Shown: in pieces, positions 8,699 through 17,466 of the stretch | How the letters are laid out: the number at the start of each line of letters is the position of its first letter | Position numbering within the stretch: the first letter of the stretch is position 1 | Assembly: GCA_039030315.1 (NCBI GenBank) | Contig: JBCCEL010000001.1 | Span: 9,714 to 73,713, forward strand | Reading direction: 5' to 3' | DNA length: 64,000 nt | From: Pseudomonadota bacterium | GTDB lineage: Bacteria > Pseudomonadota > Alphaproteobacteria > Rhizobiales > CAJQND01 | Program-made: the position numbers and the translations under genes | Notes under the pieces: model-generated | The model's input: the letters and a program-made list of their open reading frames with translations, nothing else | Told to the model about the DNA's origin: nothing | Databases searched by the model: none

Positions 8699-11600
8699 AG
8701 ATCTTCATCCATACCAACACGAGTGCAGAGCCGGGCGCCTTCCACGGCGATGAGAACAAGATCTTCTATGCCGTGCACTTGGCGGCCGAGGTGTGCCGCG
8801 ATGCAGCGACCGACACCGAAGCAGATGCCAAGGAAGTCTTTGCCGATTTTCTGGGGAAGGCGCCAACCTTCAAGTATGCGCTGGTGCCTGATATCGGCCT
8901 GGGGGTCGCTGAGGCGGTCGACGTGGAGGCAACCGCCGGCAGCCTTGGCGGGTTGATGGATTGGCTGGAGCAAAGGGACCCGAACGCGGCAGGTGCGTCC
9001 GACCCGGAACCATACTATCTGACCCCAACCGCCGAGCCGGCCGTCACGGATACGTTCGATGCTGCAACCGTGGGTGCGGCCCAGCTACTCCGGTCGACCC
9101 TGAACTGGATCGGCCCCGTGCCCGAGCGGCTCGGGCTGACACGGCTGATTGCGCAAGACAGTGCGCCCAGCGCGCAGGCCGCAATCATTCCCTATCTCGG
9201 CGCCACGCCGCCGGCCTCTGTCGTTACCGACGGCAGCACGATCACCTATGACCTGGCCGGGACGCTAGGAGGCATCAGCGAGGTCAGTGTCGTGTTCGAG
9301 GAGCTCGGTGATTACACGGCACCATCTTCGATTGTTCTCCCGGACGGGTCCGTCGAGGCGGTTCCTGCGGACCCGGAGTTCCGCCGCACTCTCAACCGGA
9401 TCGACGCGGAAAGTGCAGGCAGGCTCTGGACCGTTCCGCACATGCTGGAGCCTTACGACGACGTCGACTGGTCGTCGCTGGACGCACGGAAGTGGCTGGC
9501 GGACGCAGGCCTGAAATCTGCCTTCGATCCATTGTTCTGGTCGCTCGCCATGCCGGCGACACTTGCAACCGGGGAGTTGGCGCCTCGGGGACAGATCATG
9601 CTGCCCTTCATAGCCTTCCTGGCCGGTGCGAACGAAAGGTTCGGCCACGCCGCCGGCGTCGATGCGGATCAGGCCTGGAGCACGTGGAGGCCTCGTCTCC
9701 GGACGGTCCTGTCCTCGCTGAGCTTCGCGGATCTGGTCGGCCTGTTGAGGGATGTCGAAGCGGTGGACCCGGAAACGCTGGGTGTCCTGGAGGACGCCGA
9801 GGCCGGAGAGGTGCCGGACGACGGAAAGACCGCGGATGAACGCGTGGCGCAGCTCCGCGAGACTCTCAACGCGGCGGTTGTCGCGCTCCAGGAGGAGGCA
9901 GCGGTCGAAGCAGTTATTGTCGCGCTTCTGAGGAAAGTGGCCGACAGCTCGGCTCTGGAGCCAACTGCCGAGCGGCCGGCATTCGATGCGGCGATGAGGG
10001 CGTTTGGCGAGTTTCTCGAGGAGGGGTTCAACGGTGCGGATGCGGTGCGCCGCTCAGTCGGCAGCATCATCTCGCGCGAGCTGGTGCTGAAGGCGTCGCG
10101 GGACCTGGACGCGCTGAACGAGTCTCTGGCCGAAGCTGACCTGTTTGCGCGGCGTCTGCTGGGAAGAACAGGTACACCGCAGGATCTTGATCAATTACTG
10201 GATGCGTTGCCGGACAGCTTTGCAGGTGTAGCACCGGCCACCCTTCGCGCGCGGCTTCAGGAGCGCTACCGGGAAGTCGCGACGATGCTGTCGTCCCCGC
10301 CGGCGGCGGAAATGCGATTCGTGCCGGACACCAGCCCGCAGCCCCTGGCCATCAGGATCCTTCCGGGCATGGACGTCGCGGAGCTCACGGAAATCTCGTC
10401 GGCCCTTCAGGGGTTTGGCGTTGTGATCAACAGCAAGATCCGGGGGGACGAGGACGCGGGCCACGGCAACCTGGTGAGAGTGAACCCTGGAAGCTCGACA
10501 ATTCCCACCGCCGTGCAGCCACTGATCCCCGGGCTTAGCGATGGCCGTCCGGTCCTGTTCGCCGAATACAATGGCAGACCTCTTGCCGGTGCCAGCCAGA
10601 CCGGCATCGGCGGCCGCGATGCGATCGAGGATGCCGAGCAGCGCGCGGCGCGGGAATTGGCCTCCAGAGTCTACTACAATCTCGATGAGGCCGAGGAAGA
10701 AGATCTGCTCCCGGCCGATCTCGCCTATGGCGCGCAGTATGCGGCAAAGGCATTCTGGACCCCCAATTCCGGACGCCTTCCCGCAGGGTTGCGTGATGGG
10801 ACAGACCCTTCCAAGCCAGTGAAGCCTGCCGGCGATTTCAAGCCCCAAATCCCGGATGGCGCAGCCTACTACCTGCGCCGCACCGCGATTTCGGAAACCG
10901 GCCTGTCGGAAGTCGATGCCCGCAAGAGAATTAGTGTGGTGCCGGCCGACGTCTTCCCGCTTGCCTCCGACTATCCGCGGATTGCCAAGAGTGCACCGGC
11001 CGAGGCCACCGGCTATATTGATGTCTTCAGGAACGGCGATGGAACCGGCGCTCTGCCGGATGGGACAGCAAGCATAGTGCTCGTTGATGCGCTGGTTGTC
11101 GGTGCCGGGGCTGAGGTTCAGCTGCGCCGCTGCTGGGACCCGACCGGAGCCGACGAGGGGATCGAATTCGCAGCGACGCTGGCCGGGAACGGCAGCGATG
11201 AGACCCTTCAAGTGCCGGCAGACAGCGATGCCCGCCCGTTCTGGGTTCGCGTTGTCCTGACGGCCGGAAGCGGGGAGGGGGCCACCCTCAGTTTCGCCGA
11301 CCCGTCCGACGACGCGGAACTTGAGGGCAAACCGGCCACGGCTCCGATTCTGTTGCTGGCGCAGGGCGACGAATGGCAATCCGAAATCGCCCGCGAAAAT
11401 GTGCTTGAGCTTTCCGTGCCCCGTGTATCCTTTGCCGATTTCGAACGCTGGGCCGCAAACAGGGAGCTGTTCGTTCATTCAACCGGCAACACAGATGACC
11501 GGTTGCCGCAAGTCTTGCTCGTCGCATCCATGATGCGGCATCTCTCTGAAACTATTGACGAACTCATTGAGCAATTGCCCGATCCAGCGGTCTCCGCCCT

Positions 11601-14577
11601 GCATCTGGGTCTGCAGGTGACAGATGCGTTCGACGGGTTCCATGCAGAACCGAAGTTCTTCGATCTCCCCGTTGCGCCCTATGCCGGATTTGATCTGGAC
11701 GCCATTGCCACAGCGCTTGACGAACTGGAACGGGCCGGTGCGATGGATCAGCCAGCAAAGGCCAGGGTCCTGATGGATCTTCTGGAAGATCTCTTGCGGG
11801 AACTGGACCGGAAGGCGCGGCCGCGCCTGACCGCCGAAGTCGGTGGTCTGCAGCTGGATGCCCGGCGCGTAGGGGTTCCGGCTGGCAAGGTTGTACATTT
11901 GTCTGCCCAGCCTGTCGTCGCCGAGACCTACTTTGACAATGGCCACGATTTCTATTGCATGGAGCCGCGTCTGACAGAGATTGCAGCGGGCAGGCTGGAA
12001 GACGCCTGGCTCTTCCCGGGCGTCGCGCTGCAGATCGAAGCCATGCAATTGCCCGAACTTGGGCTCCCGGCTGAAGACTGGTGGCGGGACGCCAGGATCG
12101 CTCCTCTCGGTCGGACAAGGGAATACGGTCTGGACCTCGATCTCACGGACTATGCCAGCAGACCCTTCAGTGATCCCGCCTTCAATTTCTGGCGCCAGTT
12201 CGCACAGGCCGACGTCGCGACTCAGCGCTGGCGCCCGACCGGCCGGCCGATCTACCACTGGATAAGGCCGGTCTCGGCAGTCGGCGGGATCGAGCATGTT
12301 TCCGGCCCCGTCGTCGATCTCAGCCACCTGGTCGCCGATCCTTCGCAGAAATCCTTGTTGTTCGAGTTTGAGAGTGACGCGTTTGACCGGGACGTGGATG
12401 AATCGGACATAGTGCGGGTGCGGCTTGATCCGGTGGACCGGATCACCCGGCTCAACACATTCAGCTGGGAGCAGCACTCCGCTACGGCGCGGCGCCACCG
12501 GATCGATCTGCGGACCCGTTACTGGGGCGGGCTCAGAAATCCTTCTGCTCGGCCCATGGTGGCCCCGCCGTCCGAGCCGCCCAGGGCCGACGATGATCTC
12601 TGGACGAACCGTGCAGCCATACTGGCGGATCTCAGCGTGCTTGAGCTGACCCGCCCCCAGGTCAGGGCGCTTCTGCCTCTGACCCGCCGCGTGGGTGACG
12701 CTGGATCCGCGCTGCCGATCGCCTGCCTGCTGGCGGAGAAGCCGTTTGACCAGGCCGGGCTGGCCGACCGGATCGCAGCCGAGATCGACACGGTGGAGAA
12801 GTTCAGGTTCTACGACCTCGACAGCACGGCCGGTGACCGCCGCCTCGGACTGGAAACGCTCCGCAAGGAAGTCGGACCTGACCCCCGGCTGAGCTACTAC
12901 GGCATCGGAGACCAGCCATCCCGGAAGTTCTCCTTGATGTGCGAAGGGCCCGTCGGGCTGCACTTCGAAGCAGTCGATGCGGCCGCGCCGGCCTTCACCA
13001 ATTCCCAGTACCTGCTGCATATGCGGGCCAGTGGAGACGACGTGCCAGGTATGGATGAGAGCTTTGCCGGCATCTCGCTGCGCCGCTATGTGGATCCGGA
13101 CTGGTCCTGGTCTCCTTACACTGCCGCGCCGGAAAGCCTGCCGGATGTCTGGTGGCAGGACCTGCTGACCGACGAGATGTTCACCGATTTCCTGGTGACC
13201 TACGAGAATCCGCAAAGCGGGCAAACCGTTTCCGCAGTCTCCGTTGCACCATCCGCCGATGGTCAGGAGTTCGTCTTCCGCTTGGCGACAGAGGCAATCT
13301 ATCCAACGCCCGGCGAACTGGATGGCGCGCCGTCATCCGTTGAACTCTGTCGTGTGGCGGTTGGACAGCCGGCAAGCGTTCTCTTCCAGAAGCTTGATGC
13401 CAGCAGATATGCATTCTCGGTCTTCGTGCCCGGTCCTTCCCCGACCCAGACCGCGGTGGAGGTCGACGGGGCGTCCGGGTTGCCGATCCTCCTCGCAAGC
13501 ATGGACTGGACCGCAATGGGCCCGGTGACCGTGAGCGGTGAGGTCAGCATGAAGCGTGCGATCACCGCTTCGGCCGCTACGTTCGTGGAGTGGGCCCGCT
13601 CCGGGCGGGATTTCCAGAAGTTCGTTGCTACGCCCCTCCAAGAGGACGCGGAAGGATCAACTGTCCAGCAGCGGGACATTGAAGCAGTCTGGGACAGGAC
13701 AGAGCGCCGGATTGCACTGCGCTCGGCCGTTTTCGACGACGCGGAGATCCGGCTTTCGAGCCTGACCGGGCAGGAACCCTATCCTCTTCATGTCCAGCGT
13801 CACCTGGCAATCCTGCTGACGAAGGCGTCGCCTGCGCTCGGCCGGGAAGTACCCCTGTTCGACCGGATCCTGCTGAGTGACGGGGCCGGTATCCCCCTGG
13901 CAGGTGATGATCCTGATCCCGGGGCAACTCTGCGGCTGGTGGAGTACGAAACCAGGGCCGAGGTTCTCACCAGCGATCGGTCCCATACGGTCGAGTACTT
14001 CCACCGGGCCTACTTTGATCTGGTGTCGATCGGTGCAGACACCAGATTGCAAAGCGGTGACGGGTTCCGTTTCCATCTGCGCCTCACGAACGGATCAATG
14101 CCGAAGGATATCGCGCCGGTCCTGCACATGAGCGGTGCAGGTGCTCCCGAGGGCGAAACGCCCATTGCCCTGTCCGCCAGGACTCCTGACGAGCTGCAGG
14201 CGCTCACCGTGGAGCTTGTGCTGTCCGATGCGGCCGACACCTGGAACTGGCGGGCAACCGGGCGAACGAAGAACGGCCCTGTGGAGCTCGATGGAGGCAC
14301 CGTGGACCTGCCGTTTCTGGCAGCCGGTGAAGACGGCGTGTGGCTCCGGTTGGAGGCGCCGGGCCCGGGCCTCTGGGCCGACGTCTCCATGCTGTTCTCC
14401 CGCGCGAAGGCAGAAGAGCAGCGGGACGCCGCTTTCGATTTCGACTGGCTGTTCACCGCCGACACCCTGCCGCGCAAGGCCACCGAGGCTGTCATGCCTG
14501 AGAACCTGGTCCACATGTCGGAGGCTCAGGCAAAGATAATCGCCGTCTCCGACCCCATCGTGGTGCAGACGCGCTGA
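8695..14577 (+). CDS. giant protein 2 (1960 aa), unknown function, translationally coupled to giant protein 1
   Basis: GTG start overlaps the upstream TGA (GTGA at 8695..8698). A GAGGAA Shine-Dalgarno sits 6 nt upstream. 5.9 kb uninterrupted ORF. No TM segments, signal peptide or nucleotide-binding motif recognised by eye. Confidence 0.85.
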   Translation: MKIFIHTNTSAEPGAFHGDENKIFYAVHLAAEVCRDAATDTEADAKEVFADFLGKAPTFKYALVPDIGLGVAEAVDVEATAGSLGGLMDWLEQRDPNAAGASDPEPYYLTPTAEPAVTDTFDAATVGAAQLLRSTLNWIGPVPERLGLTRLIAQDSAPSAQAAIIPYLGATPPASVVTDGSTITYDLAGTLGGISEVSVVFEELGDYTAPSSIVLPDGSVEAVPADPEFRRTLNRIDAESAGRLWTVPHMLEPYDDVDWSSLDARKWLADAGLKSAFDPLFWSLAMPATLATGELAPRGQIMLPFIAFLAGANERFGHAAGVDADQAWSTWRPRLRTVLSSLSFADLVGLLRDVEAVDPETLGVLEDAEAGEVPDDGKTADERVAQLRETLNAAVVALQEEAAVEAVIVALLRKVADSSALEPTAERPAFDAAMRAFGEFLEEGFNGADAVRRSVGSIISRELVLKASRDLDALNESLAEADLFARRLLGRTGTPQDLDQLLDALPDSFAGVAPATLRARLQERYREVATMLSSPPAAEMRFVPDTSPQPLAIRILPGMDVAELTEISSALQGFGVVINSKIRGDEDAGHGNLVRVNPGSSTIPTAVQPLIPGLSDGRPVLFAEYNGRPLAGASQTGIGGRDAIEDAEQRAARELASRVYYNLDEAEEEDLLPADLAYGAQYAAKAFWTPNSGRLPAGLRDGTDPSKPVKPAGDFKPQIPDGAAYYLRRTAISETGLSEVDARKRISVVPADVFPLASDYPRIAKSAPAEATGYIDVFRNGDGTGALPDGTASIVLVDALVVGAGAEVQLRRCWDPTGADEGIEFAATLAGNGSDETLQVPADSDARPFWVRVVLTAGSGEGATLSFADPSDDAELEGKPATAPILLLAQGDEWQSEIARENVLELSVPRVSFADFERWAANRELFVHSTGNTDDRLPQVLLVASMMRHLSETIDELIEQLPDPAVSALHLGLQVTDAFDGFHAEPKFFDLPVAPYAGFDLDAIATALDELERAGAMDQPAKARVLMDLLEDLLRELDRKARPRLTAEVGGLQLDARRVGVPAGKVVHLSAQPVVAETYFDNGHDFYCMEPRLTEIAAGRLEDAWLFPGVALQIEAMQLPELGLPAEDWWRDARIAPLGRTREYGLDLDLTDYASRPFSDPAFNFWRQFAQADVATQRWRPTGRPIYHWIRPVSAVGGIEHVSGPVVDLSHLVADPSQKSLLFEFESDAFDRDVDESDIVRVRLDPVDRITRLNTFSWEQHSATARRHRIDLRTRYWGGLRNPSARPMVAPPSEPPRADDDLWTNRAAILADLSVLELTRPQVRALLPLTRRVGDAGSALPIACLLAEKPFDQAGLADRIAAEIDTVEKFRFYDLDSTAGDRRLGLETLRKEVGPDPRLSYYGIGDQPSRKFSLMCEGPVGLHFEAVDAAAPAFTNSQYLLHMRASGDDVPGMDESFAGISLRRYVDPDWSWSPYTAAPESLPDVWWQDLLTDEMFTDFLVTYENPQSGQTVSAVSVAPSADGQEFVFRLATEAIYPTPGELDGAPSSVELCRVAVGQPASVLFQKLDASRYAFSVFVPGPSPTQTAVEVDGASGLPILLASMDWTAMGPVTVSGEVSMKRAITASAATFVEWARSGRDFQKFVATPLQEDAEGSTVQQRDIEAVWDRTERRIALRSAVFDDAEIRLSSLTGQEPYPLHVQRHLAILLTKASPALGREVPLFDRILLSDGAGIPLAGDDPDPGATLRLVEYETRAEVLTSDRSHTVEYFHRAYFDLVSIGADTRLQSGDGFRFHLRLTNGSMPKDIAPVLHMSGAGAPEGETPIALSARTPDELQALTVELVLSDAADTWNWRATGRTKNGPVELDGGTVDLPFLAAGEDGVWLRLEAPGPGLWADVSMLFSRAKAEEQRDAAFDFDWLFTADTLPRKATEAVMPENLVHMSEAQAKIIAVSDPIVVQTR

Positions 14578-14612
14578 AGCCGCGAGGCGCGGGGATCTGA
14601 GCGGGAAGTGCC

Positions 14613-15800
14613 CTAGAGGCCCAAGGCGCTGGCGATCATGTTCCAGGTCTCCATCTGATACGAATACCCGTCCTGGTCGGGGGTGTAGTAACGGTAGTCG
14701 TAGATGAACACCCCGCCGAACTGCGCACGTCCCGACGCGTCTTTGCCGTAGTGCTGAACGAGATCGTTGACGGCGTCCAGCACAAGGGTTCCGCTCGTGC
14801 AGTTGTCTGTCTGGACCGTGCCCGGCTTGGTGCAACAGTTCTGCTGCGCCGTCGCATCACGGGGCTGGATCCAAAGCCGGAAATCCGGATCACAGATGCA
14901 GGGTGAGAAGCCGGCGAGGCAGAAGTAAGCCGGTTCGGCGATGCCGGAATTGGGGATTGCCGCGGTTGCGCTGACGGCCGTGATGTACTGCTGCAGCACG
15001 GCGCTCGCGCTCCCCTGTTCGCCGCCGGAGTAGTACTGGATGTTCAGCCAACTGATTGAGTTTTGCCGCTCTCCCGCCCCGTTCTCGATCACCGTGTGTC
15101 CAACCAGCGGTGTCGTTTGCGGGGCGCTCTGCTCGGGGCACAGATAGTAGGCGAGCATTGTTTCGAAGCCGGAGCTGCAGTCGAGGTAGCCGTACGGAGC
15201 GTGGGAGACGAGGCGGCCCTCCTTTCCAAACGTGTTGGAGAGTTCGATGAGAACATTCGGATATGTGCTCCACTGCGATTCCATGTCCAGATCAAGGCCG
15301 GTGAGATGGAACGGCGTGAGCACCTGCGCGTCGAAGGCCTCGTAGAAGCCTTCCGTGGTCCAGTTGTTCTGGATGTACGCAAGATCGGCGTCATGCTGCA
15401 TCGAAGCAACAAGGTTCTTCCCGGAAGCGGCGATCTTCTGGAGGTACTCGCCCACATTGGGTAGCAGGCCCCACTTCTGGTCCGGGTGTTTCCAGTCCGG
15501 CGGAGTCGTCATTGGGCTCACGGGAACACCGTTCCAGGTAATCACCGGAGTGTCATGCTGGTACCAGGGAGAGCTCGTGTCGGTGTTTGCAAGTCCGAAG
15601 TAGCCCATGATGAGGTCTGTGAACGGCGCATCGACGAGCATGTCGGTGGTGATTTCGATGGCCTGCTTGACGGCTGTCTGCGTAAGCAGTTCGCTCCCCT
15701 CCCAGGTGTGATTTGCTGTGTTCGCAAGGTTGTACTGTGGCGCGTAGTAGTTCAGGCCAAACGGAGCCGTTACGTAGATTGCAAAGCGAACATTACCCAT
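14613..15800 (-). CDS. glycoside hydrolase family 18-like (chitinase/endo-beta-N-acetylglucosaminidase-like) protein without a signal peptide
   Basis: LTGLDLDMES matches the GH18 catalytic DxDxE signature (nt 15279..15293). The N-terminus starts directly in a beta-strand-like VRFAIYVTAPF. GGAGG lies 9 nt upstream of the ATG at 15800. The C-terminal part is Cys-rich (FCLAGFSPCICD...NCCTKPGTVQTDNCTSG). Confidence 0.7.
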   Translation of the reverse strand: MGNVRFAIYVTAPFGLNYYAPQYNLANTANHTWEGSELLTQTAVKQAIEITTDMLVDAPFTDLIMGYFGLANTDTSSPWYQHDTPVITWNGVPVSPMTTPPDWKHPDQKWGLLPNVGEYLQKIAASGKNLVASMQHDADLAYIQNNWTTEGFYEAFDAQVLTPFHLTGLDLDMESQWSTYPNVLIELSNTFGKEGRLVSHAPYGYLDCSSGFETMLAYYLCPEQSAPQTTPLVGHTVIENGAGERQNSISWLNIQYYSGGEQGSASAVLQQYITAVSATAAIPNSGIAEPAYFCLAGFSPCICDPDFRLWIQPRDATAQQNCCTKPGTVQTDNCTSGTLVLDAVNDLVQHYGKDASGRAQFGGVFIYDYRYYTPDQDGYSYQMETWNMIASALGL

Positions 15801-16275
15801 ATGGAGACCCTCCGATAATAGTGTGAAACTCCGATAGTCTGTTTGGTTCCTTTCATTGTCGAGGGAAATTCAGATGCGGAACCCGCTGGCGGCACCGAAC
15901 TGTGCTGCAGCAGCGCCTGGCACGACAATCTGGATGTAAGCGCGAAATCAAAAACCAGCCAGGTGGTCCGCTGCTTGCGGCAGGAATCTATGACCGGTTG
16001 GGTGGTGAAACCGGAGCTGGAAACTTCCCCCTTGGGCCAGTGTCTTCACATACCGGAATCTGCCCTGAAGGACTTTTCTCCCGCGTCAAGAGGTTGAAAT
16101 TTGGCGAGCGCTTTGTTGACCGGGGTACTTGTAGAAGTATTTTGATTTTTTGGAGTTACCGGCGTCGAGCAGCAATTTCTGCGCGATTTTGGATTTGCTG
16201 TCTGCTGGACGAGATCAGTTATTGTCTGTAGTCTCTAAATAGGAATCGAAATTTATTTGAAGATTAATTGAGCCC

Positions 16276-17466
16276 ATGAGCTTTGTTGGCGGTGACTATA
16301 TTCACGATGTCTTCATCAGTTACAGCCACGGCACGCTGAATGACGGGGTCCCGGGTCCTCTCAAGGACTGGTCCGATGCGTTTGCCGAGGAACTTCGCAC
16401 CCGGATCCATCAGATCTTTCTGTTTCGGAACGTGTCAGTCTTCTTTGATAGCTCAGAACGCCCGGCAGAGAGCGTTGATCGCAGTAGGAAACTAACCGGC
16501 CAAATTCAGAAGCATGTCCGTGGGTCAGCCATCCTGGTCAGTCTCATGACGCCGCACTATTCGGACTCTGATTGGTGCGGCGAGGAGCGGAACTGGTGGA
16601 TTGAAGAAGGCGAGACCCGGACCCTGGACATGGACGGAAGGATCATCGTCTGCAAGGTCATGCCGAACGTGACGGAGGCGGGATGGAGCCTTACCAGAGA
16701 GCACGAGTCCTGGCCGGAGTGTTTCAAGGACGAGAACGGACATGGGCACGTCGGCTTCAGCTTCTACTCTCAGTCCGGCGTGACCGCAGGCACAGTCCCC
16801 TACAAGTGGCTTGGATCAAGCAACGGCCTGGACGAATTTGATGCTGAAATGCGCATGCTCGTGTCCAGCATTACCAACCGGCTCACCGAGATAAAGGCCG
16901 AACTGGACCAACGTGCCCGATGTACGGACCCCGCCGGCGGAGGGGAGAGGGAGCAGATCAGCGTCCGCATCGCAGAGCCGGATTTTGGTGAAGAGTCGAT
17001 CGATGTAATCTATCTGCACGCGCGAAAGCCGCAGGCGGCGTGGTGGAACTCTGTGCGTGACACGCTGATCGACAAGGGGCGGATCATAGTACCTGATGAG
17101 TTGTCGCTGAACGAAATCGGCGCGAGGGAGCAAAAGCGACCGGCAGGAAGGAACGAAGAGCAGGTTGCCGAACGCATAGAGGCGAGAAACGAGCTCCTCT
17201 GCGAGTGCGATGCCATCGTGATCCTGGGCACGGAAAAGAATGATCTCCTGCGCAAAGATCTTCTCAGTATCGGGTTGCGTGCCTGGAGAAAGGCATGCGG
17301 ATTCCAGCGCAAGGTCCTGCCGCGGGCACTGTTGAGCAAGATCGGGGAACCGGTTCCGTTGGCCAGGAATCTCAAGATTCCGGAATGCAACGGCCGCAAT
17401 GCGGCCTGGCCTCGACAACTGGCCGAAGAGTTCAGGCGCACTGCCGCACGCGATGCTGAGCCATGA
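16276..17466 (+). CDS. TIR-domain protein (N-terminal TIR, about 240-aa uncharacterised C-terminal region)
   Basis: DVFISYSHGT at the N-terminus, VFFDSSE, and ILVSLMTPHYSDSDWCGEE (the SxWCxxE-type region holding the usual catalytic Glu, nt 16573..16587). AT-rich upstream region. The stop overlaps the next start (ATGA at 17463..17466). Confidence 0.8.
   Translation: MSFVGGDYIHDVFISYSHGTLNDGVPGPLKDWSDAFAEELRTRIHQIFLFRNVSVFFDSSERPAESVDRSRKLTGQIQKHVRGSAILVSLMTPHYSDSDWCGEERNWWIEEGETRTLDMDGRIIVCKVMPNVTEAGWSLTREHESWPECFKDENGHGHVGFSFYSQSGVTAGTVPYKWLGSSNGLDEFDAEMRMLVSSITNRLTEIKAELDQRARCTDPAGGGEREQISVRIAEPDFGEESIDVIYLHARKPQAAWWNSVRDTLIDKGRIIVPDELSLNEIGAREQKRPAGRNEEQVAERIEARNELLCECDAIVILGTEKNDLLRKDLLSIGLRAWRKACGFQRKVLPRALLSKIGEPVPLARNLKIPECNGRNAAWPRQLAEEFRRTAARDAEP

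Noticed and set aside
1145-13224. Many long ORFs antisense to or overlapping the giant genes (e.g. 1145..2362, 2402..3382, 6761..8029, 10195..11478, 11479..13224 on the minus strand).
   Set aside because: They have the typical high-GC shadow-ORF composition (Arg/Pro/Gly/Ala-rich, no motifs) and are fully nested in much longer, better-behaved frames. The same holds for 32014..33144, 35509..36183, 38052..39538, 41618..42475, 43369..44151, 49332..50120, 52318..52977, 53423..54082, 55917..56648, 60773..62656 and 62816..63925.
14578-14612. Short hairpin CCGCG-agg-CGCGG between the convergent giant ORF 2 and GH18 stops, as a terminator.
   Set aside because: It has only a 5-bp stem with a 3-nt loop and no U-tract, which is too weak to call.
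1286-15800. Giant pair plus GH18 as a Tc (toxin complex) locus (TcA-size protein, chitinase neighbour).
   Set aside because: I see no resemblance to TcA sequences I remember. The second protein has no SpvB/RHS/YD-repeat cocoon features, and there is no TcC-like hypervariable toxin end. This is kept only as an analogy, not a call.
16276-17466. The TIR gene as Thoeris ThsB.
   Set aside because: There is no ThsA (SIR2/Macro-SLOG) gene nearby. The TIR gene is instead start/stop-coupled to a STAND-WD40 NTPase, so an NLR-like pairing fits better.
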